In this document: piece by piece, positions 56,377 through 64,000 of the stretch | How the letters are laid out: each line of letters starts with the position of its first letter | Numbering within the stretch: position 1 is the stretch's first letter | Virus record (IMG/VR): IMGVR_UViG_3300025767_000014 | DNA from: an uncultured virus (IMG/VR IMGVR_UViG_3300025767_000014) | Taxonomy: Duplodnaviria; Heunggongvirae; Uroviricota; Caudoviricetes | Direction: 5' to 3' (one strand) | DNA: 64,000 nucleotides | Position numbers and translations under genes: made by a program | The notes under the pieces: model-generated | Database searches by the model: none | Seen by the model: only the letters and a program-made list of their open reading frames with translations | What the model was told of the DNA's origin: nothing

Positions 56377-56928
56377 ATGTGGACTTATTTAGGAAAACGA
56401 ATAAGAGAAGGACGGAGTTGGAAAGACTCTGACGGTATTACCCACCCAACCTCGTGGGGACGGTGGAGTGATACTGAGAAAACTAATAAGGGGATGGTGT
56501 GGGTTGAACCTGCACCCTCCTTTGACAACCGCTTCTGGTGGGATGCAGATACACCAAAGGCTTTGGATGATGTCAACGAGGTGGACGAAGACGGTAATCC
56601 TGTGTTGGACATTGACGGTGAGCAACTTGTCACACTAGGTTTGAAATCACAGTGGAAAGCCACCGTCAAAGCACAGGCTGGTGGCTTGCTTGAGCCGACA
56701 GACTGGATGGTAATCAAAGCTAGTGAGGTTACAGACTATTCCGTACCTACTGATATCTTAACTTATCGTGCGGATGTTCGTACTGCTAGTAATACAATTG
56801 AAGCTGCTATTGATTCAGCATCTGATCATTCATCGTTTATTGCTTTGTTTGATTCACCAACAGACGATGATGGTATTCCAACTGGTAATGCACCAATATC
56901 TAACTGGCCACAGGAGATTACGCAATGA
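56377..56928 (+). CDS. Putative tail fibre chaperone (copy 2)
   Basis: Copy of 1094..1645 with two visible SNPs. Confidence 0.55.
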   Translation: MWTYLGKRIREGRSWKDSDGITHPTSWGRWSDTEKTNKGMVWVEPAPSFDNRFWWDADTPKALDDVNEVDEDGNPVLDIDGEQLVTLGLKSQWKATVKAQAGGLLEPTDWMVIKASEVTDYSVPTDILTYRADVRTASNTIEAAIDSASDHSSFIALFDSPTDDDGIPTGNAPISNWPQEITQ

Positions 56929-57140
56929 GCAAGGCAAGAAACTTAGCAGACCTTATTAGTGGTAATTACGATGTACCAGCAAGTTCGCTTGGCAACGTAC
57001 AGGCTTTTCCAACCAACTGGACTGCTTCACTTAGTGGCTCAGATATGGTGTTCTCTTATAGCGGAACAGCTAAAGTAAAGATTGCTACTGATGGTTCTGT
57101 TACAGCCACTGATGACGTTACAGCATTTGGGAGTGTATAA
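56925..57140 (+). CDS. Small tail protein (copy 2)
   Basis: Identical translation to 1642..1857. Confidence 0.6.
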   Translation: MSKARNLADLISGNYDVPASSLGNVQAFPTNWTASLSGSDMVFSYSGTAKVKIATDGSVTATDDVTAFGSV

Positions 57141-57142
57141 TT

Positions 57143-58333
57143 ATGCCAGCTATCCCTAACTCTGGAGCTATATCACTAGCTGATTTTGCCACTGAGTTTG
57201 GTGGCACAGCACCACATAGTATGTCTGAATACTACAGAGATGGTGGTAATGTTCCATCAAACAACTCTAACGTACCTACTGCTGGAGCATTTCGCTTTGG
57301 TCATATGCGTGGCGCTATCAATGCAATCATCAATACACTAGCAAACACAACTAACGTAAACCTTGCTACCGTGTTTGGTGACAACTGGGCAAGCTCAGTA
57401 CCCAAAGAAATCATCATACCATCAGGCGTAACTATTGGCGGCACAGGCTCATCTGATGCGCTTACAGCACCTAGTGGCATGGGTGGTACACTGACAATCA
57501 CGAACGCTGGTAGTGTTATCGGCTTTGGTGGAACATCAGGCGGTAACGGTGGCAACGCTATTCGTATTGCTTCTAGTGGAGTTACTGTGACTAACTCTGG
57601 CCTCATCGCTGGCGGTGGTGGAGCAGGGGGAAATGGTGGTAACGGAGGAACTGGTGGTGCTGGTGGTGCTGGTGGATACACTTGGCCTGTAGGCAGTTTC
57701 TTTACACTTAGTTGTACTAATTATATTTCTGGACCTGCCTCGAACCACAAAGTACGAGGTCCTAATAACGGTTGCTGCTCTATGTGTGAATTAACTAGGT
57801 GGAATTGGTATAATGTTGGCTCATTGGTTGCAGGAGCATCAGGAGGTGCTGGGGGTGCTGGTGGTGCTGGCGGTAATGGCGGCAACGGTGCTGGTTACAA
57901 CCAATCCGCAGCTAGTGGTTCTGCTGGCTTATCTGGTTCATCTGGAAACTCTGGTGCTAGTGGAGGGGGTGTAAGCTCTACTATTGGCTCAGCCTCAATA
58001 GGTAACGGTGGTGCTGGCGGTAATGGAGGCACTGGAGGCACTGGAGGAAATGGTAGTGCTTATGGCGTTTCAGGTACTGGTGGCTCTAGCGGAACTTCTG
58101 GCTCGAATGGTGGCACTGGTGGTCAGGGTCGATGGGATTGGGATAACGCAAGGTCTACAAAACCGGGGGATGGTCAATACGGCGGTTTAACTCAGCGTTT
58201 TAGTAATGGTAGCTCTGGCTCTGGAGGTTCTTCTGGTGCATCAGGTGGTGCTGGTGGTAACGCAGGGGCGGCAGTTATTTACACTGCAGCCTACACAATG
58301 AACAACACAGGCACACTTGCAGGAGCAGCATAA
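57143..58333 (+). CDS. gp38-like Gly-rich adhesin (copy 2)
   Basis: Identical translation to 1860..3050. Confidence 0.65.
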   Translation: MPAIPNSGAISLADFATEFGGTAPHSMSEYYRDGGNVPSNNSNVPTAGAFRFGHMRGAINAIINTLANTTNVNLATVFGDNWASSVPKEIIIPSGVTIGGTGSSDALTAPSGMGGTLTITNAGSVIGFGGTSGGNGGNAIRIASSGVTVTNSGLIAGGGGAGGNGGNGGTGGAGGAGGYTWPVGSFFTLSCTNYISGPASNHKVRGPNNGCCSMCELTRWNWYNVGSLVAGASGGAGGAGGAGGNGGNGAGYNQSAASGSAGLSGSSGNSGASGGGVSSTIGSASIGNGGAGGNGGTGGTGGNGSAYGVSGTGGSSGTSGSNGGTGGQGRWDWDNARSTKPGDGQYGGLTQRFSNGSSGSGGSSGASGGAGGNAGAAVIYTAAYTMNNTGTLAGAA

Positions 58334-58473
58334 TGACAAGCGAAGAACGTATGGCTATATGCAAAAGCTGTGAGTGGCTAAGGCCAGTAATAAATCAGTG
58401 CAAGAAATGTGGGTGCTTTATGAACTTAAAGACCAAGATTAAATCAACTAAATGTCCGATGAGGAAATGGTAA
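58333..58473 (+). CDS. Cys-rich 46-aa protein (copy 2)
   Basis: Copy of 3050..3190. Confidence 0.75.
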   Translation: MTSEERMAICKSCEWLRPVINQCKKCGCFMNLKTKIKSTKCPMRKW

Positions 58474-58844
58474 TGAGTGATTATACAATAGAAAAAATTC
58501 ACGATGATGGAAACGTAGATGTAAGATTCCCTGATGGCTCTTGGGCTAGAATCAAAACATCAGATGCAATGTCTCAGGAACAGTTTGATGCCGAAGTTTG
58601 GAATTATAAACCTGCACCAACGACTTCAGCACCCAGCTTTTTAAGAGAAAACGGAACTGGAACAGCGTCACCATTACCTGTTGGTGGCTTTGATGATGAG
58701 GAAATAGTAAATCCTCAATGGCTAGATGACCGACTAGATGCTTATGGTTTAGTTAACGCACAGCTTGAGTACATAACAGAGAATGGAATAGAGGCATGGC
58801 AAGCACACGTAGCGGAAATCAAAGCGATGTATCCGAAGGAATAA
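58473..58844 (+). CDS. Hypothetical protein (copy 2)
   Basis: Copy of 3190..3561. Confidence 0.7.
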   Translation: MSDYTIEKIHDDGNVDVRFPDGSWARIKTSDAMSQEQFDAEVWNYKPAPTTSAPSFLRENGTGTASPLPVGGFDDEEIVNPQWLDDRLDAYGLVNAQLEYITENGIEAWQAHVAEIKAMYPKE

Positions 58845-59302
58845 CAGACTTCTATAACTGTATGCTTGATGGTTCATACAAAGGTTTCTTTCCAGACTAT
58901 GAAGCATACGTTACAAGACAGGTACTAAGAGTAAAGAGGTTTTATAAAGGCGGTAATGTTTTATCAGTAGGATGCGGAACAGGCGACATAGAGGCCAGGT
59001 TACCAATGCCTGTTGTTTGTTATGACATCCACGATGCAGCAAAAGTATTACACCCTGAGTTAGACTTTAGGTACGAATGGCCTGATGAGAAGTTTGAATT
59101 AGTTTTATGTATAGGATCTGTGCTACCTTATGTTCCAACCAATGAGCAAAAAATTTTAGTAGACCGGATGGTTAACACAACAACTGCGGATGGTATGGTT
59201 TTAATTACAGGACTAAACAACAAAGGTGAAGAGCAAGACATTGTTACTGAGTACATATATCCTGTTGAATACCCAAGCCACCCTAAAATAAAGGTAATAT
59301 AA
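58796..59302 (+). CDS. SAM-dependent methyltransferase (copy 2)
   Basis: Identical to 3513..4019. Confidence 0.75.
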   Translation: MASTRSGNQSDVSEGITDFYNCMLDGSYKGFFPDYEAYVTRQVLRVKRFYKGGNVLSVGCGTGDIEARLPMPVVCYDIHDAAKVLHPELDFRYEWPDEKFELVLCIGSVLPYVPTNEQKILVDRMVNTTTADGMVLITGLNNKGEEQDIVTEYIYPVEYPSHPKIKVI

Positions 59303-59505
59303 TGAAAACAGAACAGAGGCTAGTACCTGAACTTAAAGTACAAATGGAGCTAGAGGCTCACGAAAAAGAATGTGCAATACGATACCAAATGGTTAATGAT
59401 AAACTTGAAAGTTTAGACAAACGAATGTGGCGACTAGAGGCAATGATTATGATATCAACGGCATCTATGATTGGCCTAGCCGTAATGCTTATAACACAGC
59501 TATGA
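59302..59505 (+). CDS. Coiled-coil TM protein (copy 2)
   Basis: Identical to 4019..4222. Confidence 0.7.
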   Translation: MKTEQRLVPELKVQMELEAHEKECAIRYQMVNDKLESLDKRMWRLEAMIMISTASMIGLAVMLITQL

Positions 59506-59729
59506 CGCATGTATTCCTGCTCTTAGTGTATCTGGGGACGGGTGAAACAAGAAAACTAACTAGCGCAGATATGTACTTTTATAATATAAACGAGTGCCTT
59601 TATTTTGCTAGTCAAGTTTCTAAACAATACGGTAACTATAAATATAATGATTACGTCAATGCAAAGGATCGAGTGACAGCCTATTGTATTCCAAAATACA
59701 TTAATATAGAAAATGTGAGGGTATACTAA

Positions 59730-60182
59730 ATGATCGACCCAGTGTCAGCTTTCGCCGCCTTATCTGCAGGGCATTCCGCAATTAAAAAAGGTATAGAGAT
59801 GGGGCGTGACCTTTCTACTATGAGTAATGCAGTTGCTCGTTACGCGCAAGGAGAGGCAGAACTCCAATTCGGTGCGGCAAGAAAAAAGAAATCTAAGTTT
59901 TCTTTAGCAGAAGACTCAGCTATTGAAAAGCATTTTCGTAAAGAAAAACTAGAAGATATGCGTAATGAATTACGATCTATCTTTCAGCTTTATGGTAAGC
60001 CCGGACAATGGGAAAGACTTCAAGCTGAGATTGCAAATGAACGTGCTGAAATTAAAAAGCAACTTGAAGAAGAGGCTGCTAAAAGAGAAAGAATTATAGC
60101 CACCATTGTAGTTACTCTATCAATAGTAATTGGTGTTGTTGGTGGATACTACTATATCAGTTGGCTTAAAGGATTATCTTAG
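59730..60182 (+). CDS. Membrane-anchored hypothetical protein (copy 2)
   Basis: Identical to 4447..4899. Confidence 0.7.
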   Translation: MIDPVSAFAALSAGHSAIKKGIEMGRDLSTMSNAVARYAQGEAELQFGAARKKKSKFSLAEDSAIEKHFRKEKLEDMRNELRSIFQLYGKPGQWERLQAEIANERAEIKKQLEEEAAKRERIIATIVVTLSIVIGVVGGYYYISWLKGLS

Positions 60183-60386
60183 GGAGGACAAAATGTTTGA
60201 AACTGTTTTATTAGTTTGTCTTTTATCAAATTCAACTCTTTGTTTTGAAGCGCATGATACGCGAGGGCCTTATATAACTATTCAAGAATGTATAGTTCGG
60301 GCAGAAGAAATGCGTTTAAGAATTAATTCATTAAATGACCATAGCGCAAAAGCATATCAGTGCAGAAAAGCTAAAGGAGGTTCAAT

Positions 60387-60782
60387 ATGATTGAAGCATT
60401 AATAGGCCCAGTTAGTAGCCTACTTGATAAATTTATAGAAGACAAAGATCAAAAAGCGCAGCTCGCCCATGACCTTGCAACAATGGCAGGTCGTCATGCA
60501 CAAGAGCTTGCAAAGGGACAGCTTGAAATAAATAAAGCTGAAGCTCAACATCGTAGTATATTTGTTGCAGGCTGGCGACCATTTGTTGGTTGGACTTGTG
60601 GGATTGCACTTGCTTGGCATTTTGTACTTGCACCATTTATTATATTCGGTAGTGCATATGCTGGTATGACTTTACCTGAGTTACCACAATTTGATATGAC
60701 TTCATTACTTACAGTCCTTATGGGAATGCTTGGGCTTGGTGGATTACGTACATTTGAAAAGGTGAAAAACGTTACAAAATGA
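60387..60782 (+). CDS. Holin (copy 2)
   Basis: Identical to 5104..5499. Confidence 0.8.
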   Translation: MIEALIGPVSSLLDKFIEDKDQKAQLAHDLATMAGRHAQELAKGQLEINKAEAQHRSIFVAGWRPFVGWTCGIALAWHFVLAPFIIFGSAYAGMTLPELPQFDMTSLLTVLMGMLGLGGLRTFEKVKNVTK

Positions 60783-61219
60783 ATTTAGAAAAATTGCGTG
60801 AGGAATTAAAGATAGATGAAGGGGTTAAGTATGAAATCTACTTAGATCATCTTAAACTTCCTACCTTTGGAATCGGACATTTAATATTAAAGAGTGATCC
60901 AGAATATGACCAGCCAGTTGGTACTCCAGTTTCTGAAGACAGAGTTAATGATTGCTTTGCTAATGATATTGAAATTGTTCTTAAAGACTGTGTAAGTTTA
61001 TTCCCAGATTTTAATACCTTACCAGAAGAAGTGCAATTAATTATTGCTAATATGATGTTTAATATGGGCTTACCCCGTTTATCCGGCTTTAAGAATTTTA
61101 AAGCAGCCATAGCGGCCCAAGATTGGTGCATGGCAGCCATTGAGATGGTTGATAGTCGTTGGTATAAACAAGTTACACAACGGGCTGAGAGGCTTGTAAA
61201 AAGAATGCAAAATGTGTAA
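60779..61219 (+). CDS. Lysozyme (copy 2)
   Basis: Identical to 5496..5936. Confidence 0.9.
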   Translation: MNLEKLREELKIDEGVKYEIYLDHLKLPTFGIGHLILKSDPEYDQPVGTPVSEDRVNDCFANDIEIVLKDCVSLFPDFNTLPEEVQLIIANMMFNMGLPRLSGFKNFKAAIAAQDWCMAAIEMVDSRWYKQVTQRAERLVKRMQNV

Positions 61220-61227
61220 AACCGAAT

Positions 61228-61244
61228 TAAATGTCCCCTATAAG
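61228..61244 (+). promoter_or_regulatory. Phage-RNAP promoter (copy of 5945)
   Basis: TAAATGTCCCCTATAAG. Confidence 0.7.
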
Positions 61245-61279
61245 AGGAAGGCACATCTATCTTATAGAGGAAATAAAAA

Positions 61280-63028
61280 ATGAAAAATATTGAATACTCT
61301 GGACCATTTATGTCACTCTCACAAGAGATTGATAAGATGAAATACAGACAAGAGAATGAAAGTTTTGATGATAAGATTAAAAGAATAGCAAAAGCACTTA
61401 GTGATGATCCAGAGCATCAATATAACCTAGAAGATATTTTAGGTAATATGAGGTTCCTACCAGCAGGCAGAGTACAATCTGCTATGGGATCTAATAGAAT
61501 TACAACTGCATATAACTGTTTTGTATCTGGTACAATTGAAGATAGTATGCATAGCATTATGGAGAAGGCTAGTGAAGCTGCTGAAACAATGCGTAGAGGT
61601 GGTGGGATTGGTTATGACTTTTCCAAGATCCGTCCCCGCGGCGACCGGATTAAATCTCTTGACTCGCAGTCGTCGGGACCGGTTTCTTTTATGGGTATCT
61701 TCGATTCTGTTTGCCAAACTATTGCATCATCCGGCCATCGCCGTGGCGCTCAGATGGGAGTACTACGCGTGGACCATCCAGACATTGAGGAGTTCATTGC
61801 TGCTAAACGTAATTCTGATAAGCTTACTGGTTTTAATGTTAGTGTAGGTATTACTGATAAATTTATGGAGGCTCTTCAGAATGATGGGGATGATTCTTTT
61901 GAACTGTGCTTTGATGGACTCACCGTTAAAACCGTATCGGCCACTAAGCTTTGGGATGAAATCATGCTTAGCACTTGGGATTGGGCTGAGCCTGGCGTAT
62001 TGTTTATTGATCGAATAACTGAAATGAACAATCTCTTTTATTGTGAAGAGATCGCTGCTACCAACCCGTGTGGTGAGCAACCCCTACCTGCTTATGGTGC
62101 ATGTTTGCTTGGATCATTTAACTTAACTAAGTATGTTGAAGATAACGAATTTAATTTTACGCAATTTAAAAAGGACATTCCGCATATAGTGCAGGGGATG
62201 GACAATGTTATTGACAGAACAATCTATCCACTTAAACAACAATCAGACGAAGCAAAGAACAAGCGCCGTATGGGACTTGGCGTCACTGGTCTGGCTAATG
62301 CCGGAGAAATGCTCGGAATGCCTTATGCCTCACCAGAATTTCTTGTGTGGGCAGAAAAAGTATTCGCATGCTTGCGTGACAATTGCTATAGAGCATCAGC
62401 GCGACTAGCAGCAGAGAAAGGTGCGTTCCCACTTTATCGTGAAGCCTACCTACAATCTAACTTTATTCGCAGCCTACCTGCCTCTGTTAAAAAGGAGATA
62501 CGGGAACATGGTATTAGAAACAGTCACCTTACTTCTATTGCACCGACTGGTACAATATCTCTTGTAGCTGATAATGTTTCAGGCGGAATTGAACCCGTCT
62601 TTTCGCATTACTATGAACGAACCATTCAAACATTTGATGGACCTAAAGTAGAGCGCGTGGAGGATTATGCATATGCCCACGGAATAGAAAGCAAAACAGC
62701 AAACGACATTTCTGTACAGGATCATTTAGCTGTTTTATTGTTAGCTCAGCATTACGTTGATTCTGCATGTTCAAAAACTTGTAATGTGGGAGATGATGTC
62801 TCTTATGAAGACTTCAAGAAAGTGTATGTTGATGCCTGGAAGGGCGGGGCGAAGGGATGCACTACGTTCCGGTTGTCTGGAAAAAGATTTGGAATCCTTA
62901 ACACCATTGAAGAAACCGTGGAAAAAGAAACGAAGATATCTAGCGAGACTCAGGAAATGGTTGAAGAAGAGGGAACGGTCGAAGCTTGCTTTATCGACCC
63001 GCTCACTGGCCAAAAAGAGTGCTCGTAA
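61280..63028 (+). CDS. nrdJ: Class II ribonucleotide reductase (copy 2)
   Basis: Identical to 5997..7745. Confidence 0.88.
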   Translation: MKNIEYSGPFMSLSQEIDKMKYRQENESFDDKIKRIAKALSDDPEHQYNLEDILGNMRFLPAGRVQSAMGSNRITTAYNCFVSGTIEDSMHSIMEKASEAAETMRRGGGIGYDFSKIRPRGDRIKSLDSQSSGPVSFMGIFDSVCQTIASSGHRRGAQMGVLRVDHPDIEEFIAAKRNSDKLTGFNVSVGITDKFMEALQNDGDDSFELCFDGLTVKTVSATKLWDEIMLSTWDWAEPGVLFIDRITEMNNLFYCEEIAATNPCGEQPLPAYGACLLGSFNLTKYVEDNEFNFTQFKKDIPHIVQGMDNVIDRTIYPLKQQSDEAKNKRRMGLGVTGLANAGEMLGMPYASPEFLVWAEKVFACLRDNCYRASARLAAEKGAFPLYREAYLQSNFIRSLPASVKKEIREHGIRNSHLTSIAPTGTISLVADNVSGGIEPVFSHYYERTIQTFDGPKVERVEDYAYAHGIESKTANDISVQDHLAVLLLAQHYVDSACSKTCNVGDDVSYEDFKKVYVDAWKGGAKGCTTFRLSGKRFGILNTIEETVEKETKISSETQEMVEEEGTVEACFIDPLTGQKECS

Positions 63029-63054
63029 TAATTATATAATAATGGAGGAGTAAC

Positions 63055-64000
63055 ATGGCAGAAGAAATTATTTCTGTTACCGATATTGCAGACTTAGGGG
63101 TTGTCAAGGACACTCCTCCTATTGCCCTCGGCCCTAATGTATTTAGTGATGTAAAGAATATTAGGTTCAGAGATAAAGCAGTGGCTAAGATGTCTGGTGA
63201 AGTATTGCTTAATAATATTACAAGCGATCTTACAGCATCTGGAGAAACCTTTGGTAAAGTAAGATTCATTGCTAATTGGGAAAATCCTAACGTAGCACCT
63301 AATGCTGTTTACTATATCTTTGTAGTTGACTATGTACGTAATAACGTAACTGTCGGGCAAAAAGTTTATATTCAAGATCACCTTGGTAATAAGAAAGACT
63401 TAACCCCAACCACACTTGCTGATGGCTTTACGTATACTCCATCAGAATGGCAGCATACTTTATTTGCAGGTGGCTTTGCGTTTATTCTTAACAATGGTTT
63501 GGATCACCCCCAATACATCTTAGATACCCCAGGTAATACTGATATTAATAATATTGTGTTAGCTGATCTTCCAGGATGGGATGGGTACTCTGTTGAGCAA
63601 ACGGCCATTGAAGATACTTGGAATGCTAATGACTCTTACTTATTTGATACTGGTCAAAAGGTAGACTTTGCTATTAATGAGCTTGTAGTTACAGTTAATA
63701 CTAGTACTACTAAAAGCATTGAAGCAGGTACACCAGCAGGTACTGGAACTCCTGGAGCAATTGATTTTGTTCCCGGTGCATTACCTAGTACCCTACCTTC
63801 AGTTGTAACATCAAAGTACCAAGTGTATATTGATGAAGCTACTAATACCACAGTAGTTTATACTAATGCATTAAATGCAAATGATGTTGTAAAGGTCGTA
63901 GTACGTTCTCGTAATACTGTTACAACTACCACAGGTATCATTGAATCATTTGGTGATCTTCTTGTAGCAGGTGATTTAACCGAACGTGACTCAGTTACTA
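63055..64000 (+). CDS. Large tail protein (copy 2, 3' truncated)
   Basis: MAEEIISVTD start identical to 7772. Confidence 0.7.
   Translation, partial: MAEEIISVTDIADLGVVKDTPPIALGPNVFSDVKNIRFRDKAVAKMSGEVLLNNITSDLTASGETFGKVRFIANWENPNVAPNAVYYIFVVDYVRNNVTVGQKVYIQDHLGNKKDLTPTTLADGFTYTPSEWQHTLFAGGFAFILNNGLDHPQYILDTPGNTDINNIVLADLPGWDGYSVEQTAIEDTWNANDSYLFDTGQKVDFAINELVVTVNTSTTKSIEAGTPAGTGTPGAIDFVPGALPSTLPSVVTSKYQVYIDEATNTTVVYTNALNANDVVKVVVRSRNTVTTTTGIIESFGDLLVAGDLTERDSVT

Larger units (their letters stand above)
55263..64000 (+). repeat. Second copy of the 1..8717 direct repeat
   Basis: Same genes at offset +55283 (+55262 before the variable fibre segment). Confidence 0.97.

Noticed and set aside
1..64000. 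tRNA, rRNA, integrase/att site, intron or intein
   Set aside because: None recognised by eye; RNR, PolA and TerL are uninterrupted and of normal size. A tRNAscan run would be needed to exclude tRNAs.

Overview
The window holds one complete ~55.3 kb podovirus-type phage genome plus ~8.7 kb of a second copy (1..8717 recurs at 55263..64000). A marine or alphaproteobacterial host is only a weak guess. The genome has two divergent arms split by an AT-rich non-coding region at ~41.0-41.5 kb. The leftward (-) arm carries early and replication genes: SSB, SAM-lyase-like protein, ThyA-family enzyme, MazG-like protein, PolA, exonuclease, resolvase, primase-helicase, dCMP deaminase and a T7-like RNAP. 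The rightward (+) arm carries late genes: TerL, portal, scaffold, capsid, tail fibres, gp38-like adhesin, holin/lysozyme, class II RNR, tail and internal virion proteins. Main finding: two single-subunit RNA polymerases face each other across a bidirectional terminator. One is a 1218-aa N4-vRNAP-like enzyme ending the internal-virion-protein block; the other is a 730-aa T7-like enzyme ending the replication block. Two matching promoter classes are visible. Five template-strand hairpins (TW-GRRR-stem-GWTA loop) lie upstream of early genes and resemble N4 vRNAP hairpin promoters. A duplex motif TAAATGTCYCCTWWAAG lies upstream of late-strand units. Together these suggest a compact two-step transcription cascade that may not need host RNAP. 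Other observations: two different tail-fibre tip alleles in the two genome copies, a pseudoknot-rich non-coding RNA, a strand-polarised GGATGTNGGT motif, a 48-bp palindrome, and atypical catalytic residues in ThyA and PolA. All calls come from reading motifs by eye; no searches were run.
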